Of a DNA stretch of 45,911 nt, positions 40,414 through 45,911 are shown piece by piece. Positions within the stretch are counted from its first letter, which is position 1. Every line of letters starts with the position of its first letter. The position numbers and the translations under genes were made by a program. The DNA comes from an uncultured Candidatus Saccharibacteria bacterium (lineage in GTDB: Bacteria; Patescibacteriota; Minisyncoccia; Minisyncoccales; JANBVM01). The stretch is taken from assembly GCA_964566875.1 (NCBI GenBank), contig CAZMJM010000001.1, positions 11,650 through 57,560 of the forward strand. Direction: 5' to 3'. The notes beneath the pieces were generated by a model that saw only the letters and a list, made by a program, of their open reading frames with translations, ran no database searches and had not been told where the DNA came from.

Positions 40414-40470
40414 GGTGAAAATTTGAAGTTTTACATCCCCATTTCAAAAGGTCTATAATTAACTAATGTT

Positions 40471-41469
40471 ATGAAACGCATTCTGTTATTTGTTTTATCT
40501 TTGATTGCAGGAATAATAATCCTGAGATGGGTTATCGGTTTTGTCGGTTGGGATGAAATAAAGACCGCCCTGATGGTGTTCAGGGGATGGGAAGGAATAG
40601 TGATTTTTATATTGACCCTGATAATAATGCTCGTCGCCAATTGGCGGTGGAAGGAAATTTTGCGCGGTCAGCAGGTGGATATTTCTTTCTGGAACCTTTT
40701 CGGTCCTTATCTGGCCGGCTTTGCGGTTATGTTTTTGGCTCCCGTCCTGGTTTGGGGAGGAGAGGTTTTCAGGGCATATATCGTCAGAAAAAAGAGTAAC
40801 ATTTCCTGGTCTAAGGCCTTAGCCTCCGTAATAATCGACCGGGTTTTGGAGTGGACGGCCAACCTGGCCGTCATTTTGGTGGGTGCCGCTTTCTTTCTAA
40901 CCAAAATAGGACTGCCTCCCAAGAATCTTTTAATAGGTTTTGGGGCAGTTTTTCTATTATTTGCCGCTGCCATTTTCTGGTTTTATTTCAAGACCTTCCG
41001 GAGGGAAAGCATCACCAAAACCTTCGGGCGTCTCTTCAACAACAGTCTGAGCGAAGAGCCTTTATTAATAGAAAAAGAGATATTCGGTTTTTTCCGCTTT
41101 GAGAATAAAGCCATGACTAAAGGCTTCTTTATTTCTTTCCTGCGGGCGGGAGTGATGTATCTCCGTACCTGGCTGCTGATAGCCTTTTTAGTGAAGGAAA
41201 TCTCTCCGATTTCAGCTGTTTCCATACTCGGTTTTACCTATCTGGCGGCCATGATCCCCATTCCCACTTCTCTGGGCTCCCACGAGGCCATCCAGGCTTT
41301 TGCCTTCAAGTCTCTGGGCATGGGAGTGCCGGCCGCCACCGCCTTCACCATGATTATCAGGGCGGCAGAACTCCTGTTCTCCCTGGCCGGTCTGGCTGTT
41401 ATTTTCAGGTATGGAATAATATTTTTCAAGAGATTGATTTTCGATAAAGTTGACGAACCCTCAATATGA
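40471..41469 (+). CDS. Flippase-like membrane protein (lysyl-PG synthase TM-region / UPF0104 family)
   Basis: 332 aa with about 8 TM segments, an N-terminal RW motif after TM1, and an overall pattern like LPG_synthase_TM proteins. Confidence 0.55.
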   Translation: MKRILLFVLSLIAGIIILRWVIGFVGWDEIKTALMVFRGWEGIVIFILTLIIMLVANWRWKEILRGQQVDISFWNLFGPYLAGFAVMFLAPVLVWGGEVFRAYIVRKKSNISWSKALASVIIDRVLEWTANLAVILVGAAFFLTKIGLPPKNLLIGFGAVFLLFAAAIFWFYFKTFRRESITKTFGRLFNNSLSEEPLLIEKEIFGFFRFENKAMTKGFFISFLRAGVMYLRTWLLIAFLVKEISPISAVSILGFTYLAAMIPIPTSLGSHEAIQAFAFKSLGMGVPAATAFTMIIRAAELLFSLAGLAVIFRYGIIFFKRLIFDKVDEPSI

Positions 41470-41870
41470 AGTTTTCCATCAGCACCAGGGGTTTTAACGA
41501 CATCATTGATATTACGGAGCAGACGGCAAAAGCGGTGAGGGATTCCGGAGTTAAAGAAGGAATCTGTTTGATTTCCTGTCCGGGTTCCACCTGTGGTATC
41601 ACTACCTTAGAATATGAGTCCGGCCTGATTGCGGACCTGAAAATGGTGCTAGACAAGATAGCCCCGGTTTCCAAGGATTACGAGCATTGCAAGAAGTGGG
41701 GAGACTGCAACGGTTATGCCCATGTGAGGTCGGCCCTGCTCAAACCTTTCCTGACCGTTCCCGTAGAAGACGGCAGGCTGCTTTTGGGAACCTGGCAGCA
41801 GATATCCTTCATTGACTTTGACAATCGTCCCCGTCAGCGGGAAATAAACATAAAGGTGATGGATGGATAA
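41466..41870 (+). CDS. yjbQ: YjbQ/UPF0047 family (secondary thiamine-phosphate synthase-like)
   Basis: CPGSTCGITTLEYESGLIADL, NGYAHVRSALL and LLLGTWQQISFIDFD motifs. Confidence 0.85.
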   Translation: MKFSISTRGFNDIIDITEQTAKAVRDSGVKEGICLISCPGSTCGITTLEYESGLIADLKMVLDKIAPVSKDYEHCKKWGDCNGYAHVRSALLKPFLTVPVEDGRLLLGTWQQISFIDFDNRPRQREINIKVMDG

Positions 41871-41882
41871 TCTCTTCCCGAC

Positions 41883-42506
41883 ATGAAAATCAACCGCATT
41901 ATCAAATACTTCATCGTTAGCGACCTGATTTTCTGGGGCGGCTGGGGTTTGACCAGCCCCATCTTCGCCATTTTCATCACAGACAATATTAAAGGGGGGT
42001 CGGTGGCCGTGGCCGGGTTGGCTTCGGCGGTCTACTGGATGGTGAAATCCTTGCTAAGAATTCCCATCGGAATCTTTCTGGATAACCGTCCGGGAGAGAT
42101 GGATGATTACGTCTTTTTGGTATCCGGTCTTTTAATAGTGGCCGCGGTTCCGTTCTGTTATCTTTTTGCCATCTTGCCCTGGCACATCTATCTCATCCAG
42201 GCTCTGCAGGGTGTCGGCATGGCCATGGGGCTGTCCGGCTGGGCAGCTATCTTCACCCGCCACATTGATAAACAAAAAGAAGCCACCGAATGGGGGATGG
42301 ACGCCACCTTCGTGGGCATCGGCATGGGCCTGTCGGGAGCGGCGGGCGGTTGGGCGGTAGCCCGCTTCGGTTTCAACCCCGTCTTTATCGCGGTAGGCCT
42401 GATAGAGATCTTGGGCGTATTAATCCTCCTTTTGATGAAAAAGGATATAATGACTTCAGCCGACCACGGCATGCACTTCAGTTTCAAGGAGATTTTTCAT
42501 AAATAA
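41883..42506 (+). CDS. Six-TM half-size MFS-like membrane protein
   Basis: 207 aa with six hydrophobic helices. It resembles one six-helix half of an MFS transporter. Confidence 0.4.
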   Translation: MKINRIIKYFIVSDLIFWGGWGLTSPIFAIFITDNIKGGSVAVAGLASAVYWMVKSLLRIPIGIFLDNRPGEMDDYVFLVSGLLIVAAVPFCYLFAILPWHIYLIQALQGVGMAMGLSGWAAIFTRHIDKQKEATEWGMDATFVGIGMGLSGAAGGWAVARFGFNPVFIAVGLIEILGVLILLLMKKDIMTSADHGMHFSFKEIFHK

Positions 42507-42518
42507 TATTAACCAGAA

Positions 42519-44285
42519 ATGCATAATCAGGAGATAGCCAAAATCCTCAACCTCATCGCCGAGTACCTGGAAATGCAGGAAGTCCCTTTTAAACCTGCGG
42601 CCTATCAGAAGGTAGCTCTGGTGATAGAAAATATGGAGGAGAGCGTGGACGAAATCTATGACAAACAGGGTTTGAAGGGATTGGAGGATATCCCCGGGGT
42701 TGGAAAGAGCATAGCCGCCAAGATTGCCGAATATTTGGATACGGGCAAGATTAAATACTACGAGCGCCTGCGCAAAAAGGCACCGGTGGATATAGAAGAG
42801 CTGACAGCCGTGGAGGGTTTGGGTCCGAAGAGAATTAAATCCCTGTACCAGAAGCTTAACGTCAGGAACGTCAAGGATCTGGAAAAAGCTGCCCGCAGCC
42901 ATAAAATAGCCTCCCTGTTCGGTTTCGGGGAAAAGAGCGAAGATAATATTTTACAGGGAATTGAATTTTTAAAAAAGAGCAAAGGGAGATTTTTGCTGGG
43001 GGATATTCTTCCCACGGCCCGGGAAATTGAGAAGAAACTGCGTTCTCTCAAGGGGGTTAAGAAGGCCGATATAGTAGGTTCCCTGAGGAGGATGAAGGAG
43101 ACCATCGGAGATTTGGATTTCCTGGTAATATCGGGAAAATCTGCTGAGGTAATGGAATTTGTAGTTGCCCTGCCCGGGGTGATTAAGGTGTGGGGCAAGG
43201 GGGACACGAAGGCCTCCGTTAGGATGGAGCAGGGTTTTGACGTTGACGTAAGGGTTATTCCCGAGGAATCGTATGGTGCCGCCCTCCAGTATTTCACGGG
43301 TTCCAAGGAGCACAACATCGCTACCCGTAAGATAGCCATCAGTAAGGGTTTCAAACTCAACGAATACGGACTCTTTCGTGGCTCTGCCCGGATAGCGGGA
43401 GAAACAGAGGAAGGGATTTACAAGTCCTTAGGTATGGATTGGATTCCCCCTGAGATAAGGAGAGATGAAGGGGAGATAGAGATTGCCCTGAAGGGCAGGC
43501 TGCCCCGTCTGGTACAGCTCTCAGACATTAAGGGAGATCTGCACTGTCACTGTTCCTGGGACGGAGGAGAGAGTTCCATACCGGAGATGATAGAGAAGGC
43601 GCGGGAAATGGGGCATGAATACATCGGGATTTCAGACCACACCAAATTTCTCAAGATTGAAAGAGGTCTTGACGAAAAACAGCTTTCTCAACAGAGGAAA
43701 GAGATAGACAAAATCAACCTTGAGCTCAGAACTCCGAACTCCGAACCCGCACCAGGAATGGTGCGAGGTAAACCTCGAACCTCGAATTTTGTCGTTCTCC
43801 AGGGCGCTGAAACTAACATCCTCAAGGATGGTTCAATAGACATAAATGACGAAGCCCTAAAAAAACTTGATTATGCCATCGGAGGCATCCACTCTAATAT
43901 GAAAATGACGAAGGAAAAAATGACGGAAAGAATAATCAAGGCGATGAAAAATCCCTTTATCAACATTATCTCCCATCCGACGGGTCGCCTTCTCAAGAGA
44001 AGGGAGGAATACAAGGTGAACTTTGAGAAACTACTGCGGGCGGCCAAGGAGTTCCACGTTTTTCTAGAAATCAACTCCTCTCCCCAGAGATTGGACCTGA
44101 GCGATTACTACATCAAGAGATGTAAAGAGGAAGGGGTTCTGATGACCATAGATACGGACGCCCATCACAAGAATCAGATGAAATATCTGGAGTTGGGCGT
44201 AGCCCAGGCCAGGAGGGGATGGGCGGAAAAAGAAAACATCATCAACACCCGAAAGGCCGCAGATCTCCGCCCTCTCTTCCGTTAA
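42519..44285 (+). CDS. polX: Family X DNA polymerase with C-terminal PHP domain (PolX)
   Basis: HhH motifs (GVGKSIAAKI, GLGPKRIKSL). Nucleotidyltransferase motif GSLRRMKETIGDLDFLV. PHP motifs (DLHCHCSWDGG, ISDHT, HPTGR, DTDAH). Confidence 0.88.
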   Translation: MHNQEIAKILNLIAEYLEMQEVPFKPAAYQKVALVIENMEESVDEIYDKQGLKGLEDIPGVGKSIAAKIAEYLDTGKIKYYERLRKKAPVDIEELTAVEGLGPKRIKSLYQKLNVRNVKDLEKAARSHKIASLFGFGEKSEDNILQGIEFLKKSKGRFLLGDILPTAREIEKKLRSLKGVKKADIVGSLRRMKETIGDLDFLVISGKSAEVMEFVVALPGVIKVWGKGDTKASVRMEQGFDVDVRVIPEESYGAALQYFTGSKEHNIATRKIAISKGFKLNEYGLFRGSARIAGETEEGIYKSLGMDWIPPEIRRDEGEIEIALKGRLPRLVQLSDIKGDLHCHCSWDGGESSIPEMIEKAREMGHEYIGISDHTKFLKIERGLDEKQLSQQRKEIDKINLELRTPNSEPAPGMVRGKPRTSNFVVLQGAETNILKDGSIDINDEALKKLDYAIGGIHSNMKMTKEKMTERIIKAMKNPFINIISHPTGRLLKRREEYKVNFEKLLRAAKEFHVFLEINSSPQRLDLSDYYIKRCKEEGVLMTIDTDAHHKNQMKYLELGVAQARRGWAEKENIINTRKAADLRPLFR

Positions 44286-44286
44286 T

Positions 44287-44691
44287 ATGTTAAAAGAACG
44301 GTCGGCGGGGGCAATAGTATTCCGTAGAGAAGGAGAAAAAGAATATTACCTTCTTTTACATTATAATGGGGGGCATTGGGATTTTCCCAAGGGCAACATA
44401 GAAAAAGGAGAAAAGCCGGAGGAAACGGCCGTCAGGGAAATCCAGGAGGAGACCGGCATCACCGCCCTCAGATTCCTCCCGGACTTCAGGGAAGCCATCA
44501 CCTACTTTTATAAGAGAGAGGGGCAGACCGTTTTCAAACAGGTCATATTTTTCCTGGCGGAAACGAAAGAGAAAGAAATTAAAATTTCCTGGGAACATCA
44601 GGGATTTGAATGGCTTGACTATCGCCAGGCTCTGAATCGTTTGACCTTTGAAAACGCCAAAAAACTTCTGAGGTCCGCCGCCTCCAGCTAA
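44287..44691 (+). CDS. Nudix hydrolase (Ap4A hydrolase-like)
   Basis: Nudix box GHWDFPKGNIEKGEKPEETAVREIQEETGI. Confidence 0.85.
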   Translation: MLKERSAGAIVFRREGEKEYYLLLHYNGGHWDFPKGNIEKGEKPEETAVREIQEETGITALRFLPDFREAITYFYKREGQTVFKQVIFFLAETKEKEIKISWEHQGFEWLDYRQALNRLTFENAKKLLRSAASS

Positions 44692-44705
44692 CCAGGTGAA
44701 GAACT

Positions 44706-44735
44706 AAAAACAGCCTCCTTCAAAGAGGCGGTTTT
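44706..44735. terminator. Weak bidirectional terminator between nudix (+) and rplT (-)
   Basis: A5, then GCCTC (44713-44717), 7-nt loop, GAGGC (44725-44729), GG, then TTTT. Confidence 0.45.
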
Positions 44736-44752
44736 CAATGTTGTTGCGGACT

Positions 44753-45103
44753 TTATTTTCCTTTAGCCTCGGCAACAATTTTTTCAAAAACTTCAGGATG
44801 TTTTTGGGCAATTTCAGCCAGCACCTTCCTGTCGATCTCTATCTTCTCTTCTCTCAAGCCGTGCATGAATTTACTGTAGGAAATTCCGTGCTGCCGGCAG
44901 GCGGCGTTTATTTGAATCTGCCAGAGCGCCCTAAAGGTTCTCTTTTTTCTCTTCCTGTCTCTATAGGCGTGAGTCCAGGCATGGAAGAGGGCGTCTTTAG
45001 CCAGTCGGTATTTTGACTTCCTCCCCCAGCGGTATCCCTTGGCTTCCTTCAAAACCTTTTTCCTTCTTTTGTGGGCGGCTTGGCCGCGTTTTACCCTTAC
45101 CAT
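44753..45103 (-). CDS. rplT: 50S ribosomal protein L20
   Basis: MVRVKRGQAAHKRRKKVLKEAKGYRWGRKSKYR is the classic bL20 N-terminus. Confidence 0.95.
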   Translation of the reverse strand: MVRVKRGQAAHKRRKKVLKEAKGYRWGRKSKYRLAKDALFHAWTHAYRDRKRKKRTFRALWQIQINAACRQHGISYSKFMHGLREEKIEIDRKVLAEIAQKHPEVFEKIVAEAKGK

Positions 45104-45106
45104 ATT

Positions 45107-45319
45107 CTAAAAGCGTAATAACTTTTTAATTTTTTTAGCTTCTCCCTTTGACATTTCCGTCATTTTTCTCTTTTGCCTCTTAAAGCTCCCGGATTTTTTG
45201 CGCCGGTAGTGGTCGAGTCCGGTTTGCCGTCTCAAAACCTTGCCATTCTTGGTAATCTTGAAGCGCTTCAAGACAGCTTTCCTGGTTTTAGCTTTTCCCT
45301 TTTTGTTTGGCTTGCTCAT
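45107..45319 (-). CDS. rpmI: 50S ribosomal protein L35
   Basis: MSKPNKKGKAKTRKAVLKRFKITKNGKV.... Lies in infC-rpmI-rplT synteny. Confidence 0.9.
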   Translation of the reverse strand: MSKPNKKGKAKTRKAVLKRFKITKNGKVLRRQTGLDHYRRKKSGSFKRQKRKMTEMSKGEAKKIKKLLRF

Positions 45320-45339
45320 AAGTATAATAATATACCAAA

Positions 45340-45368
45340 ATATTACTTTGGTATTGAGGAATTGTCAA
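45340..45368 (-). promoter_or_regulatory. Possible internal promoter between infC and rpmI
   Basis: Minus strand: TTGACA (45363-45368), 17-nt spacer, TAATAT (45340-45345). An 8-bp hairpin ATACCAAA/TTTGGTAT (45332-45354) overlaps it. Confidence 0.4.
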
Positions 45369-45387
45369 TTAAATGATTCCCTCCGGG

Positions 45388-45894
45388 TCAAGATTCCTTT
45401 ATCAGTATGGCTACGAAACCCTTTCCCTTCTTCAGCAATCTACCTTCCTGCTTAACGGGTACTCTGGCGTTTAGGTCCTGGATGAACTTTTCGGTTTTCT
45501 CTCTGGCGAAATCAGAAAGCCTCTTTTCCCTGCCCCTCAGAAGCATTTCCACCTTCACCCTGTGCCCGGCGTTAAGGAATTTTTCTGCCTGATGGAGACG
45601 GGTTTCCAGGTCGTGGGGAGATATGTTATACCTTAGCCTGATGCCTTTGATATCCGTACTTTTCTTGGCTTTCTTATCTCTCTTCTTCATCTGGTAAACG
45701 TACTTCCCGTAGTCCATTATTTTGCAGACGGGCGGGGCCACCTTGTCCGTTACCTGGATTAAATCCAAATTGCGCTCCTTTGCTCTCTGGAGCGCCTCCT
45801 TTATGGGAACGATTCCCACCTGGGTGCCATCCTTATCAATGAGCCTTACCTTTTCTGTCCTTATTTGATTATTGATTAATGGTTTCTTCAACAA
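45388..45894 (-). CDS. infC: Translation initiation factor IF-3 (start uncertain)
   Basis: INNQIRTEKVRLIDKDGTQVGIV..., and the C-terminal domain, are typical of IF-3. The track start at 45894 is a TTG. The frame stays open to the window edge, so the true, possibly non-ATG, start cannot be fixed. Confidence 0.88.
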   Translation of the reverse strand: MLKKPLINNQIRTEKVRLIDKDGTQVGIVPIKEALQRAKERNLDLIQVTDKVAPPVCKIMDYGKYVYQMKKRDKKAKKSTDIKGIRLRYNISPHDLETRLHQAEKFLNAGHRVKVEMLLRGREKRLSDFAREKTEKFIQDLNARVPVKQEGRLLKKGKGFVAILIKES

Positions 45895-45911
45895 ATTTTT
45901 GTGGAGATGAA

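Noticed and set aside
42758-43360. 200-aa antisense ORF inside PolX, and similar long antisense ORFs (27499-28032 in Elp3, 32027-32476, 38593-39003, 15074-15448, 22816-23136 and others)
   Set aside because: Each lies entirely within a motif-supported gene on the other strand. Their sequences are low-complexity Ser/Pro/Arg/Leu-rich and have no recognisable motifs. They are typical shadow ORFs.
1-45911. Mobile elements, prophage, defence islands and toxin-antitoxin pairs
   Set aside because: No transposase, integrase, recombinase, phage structural gene, restriction-modification, Cas or recognisable TA motifs were found in any listed ORF. Only the coding-free region next to tRNA-Arg could hint at a past integration event.

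Overview
This is an origin-proximal chromosomal segment of a compact bacterial genome. jag-yidC-rnpA-rpmH lies on the minus strand and diverges from dnaA-dnaN on the plus strand, with DnaA-box-like 9-mers on both sides of dnaA. The code is standard (TGA is used as a stop). Genes are tightly packed, and some opposite-strand genes have interlocking start or stop codons. Most of the window is housekeeping: PBP1A, ruvC, yebC, tsaE, 5'-3' exonuclease, mutM, holA, rpsT, uvrB, a MurE-like ligase, greA, PolX, Nudix and infC-rpmI-rplT.

An unusually archaeal/eukaryote-flavoured set of genes is interleaved with these:
- archease-RtcB, with a distant RtcA
- Elp3 paired with a Trm9-like methyltransferase
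- a presenilin/SPP-type GxGD protease homologue
- an anticodon-domain-less Asp/AsnRS-like protein
- EndoQ
- mevalonate kinase
- a split three-gene HgdC-type activase/dehydratase-like radical enzyme module

By inference only, this content, the lamin-tail-domain surface protein and the PilB-type ATPase fit a Candidate Phyla Radiation (Patescibacteria)-like organism.

I found no transposase, integrase, CRISPR array or rRNA. There is one tRNA, Arg-CCG. Three small genes fall below the ORF-track cutoff: rpmH, a 56-aa hyper-acidic protein and a 56-aa basic protein.

The least explained signals are non-coding. Several near-consensus TTGACA-16/17-TAnAAT promoters drive short, highly structured RNAs that end in intrinsic terminators. 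These lie upstream of greA, upstream of the aaRS-like gene, downstream of tRNA-Arg (two tandem structured elements plus an AGTAATTAG repeat family), and between pilB and the LTD gene.

All protein calls rest on motifs read by eye from the translations. No database search was run.
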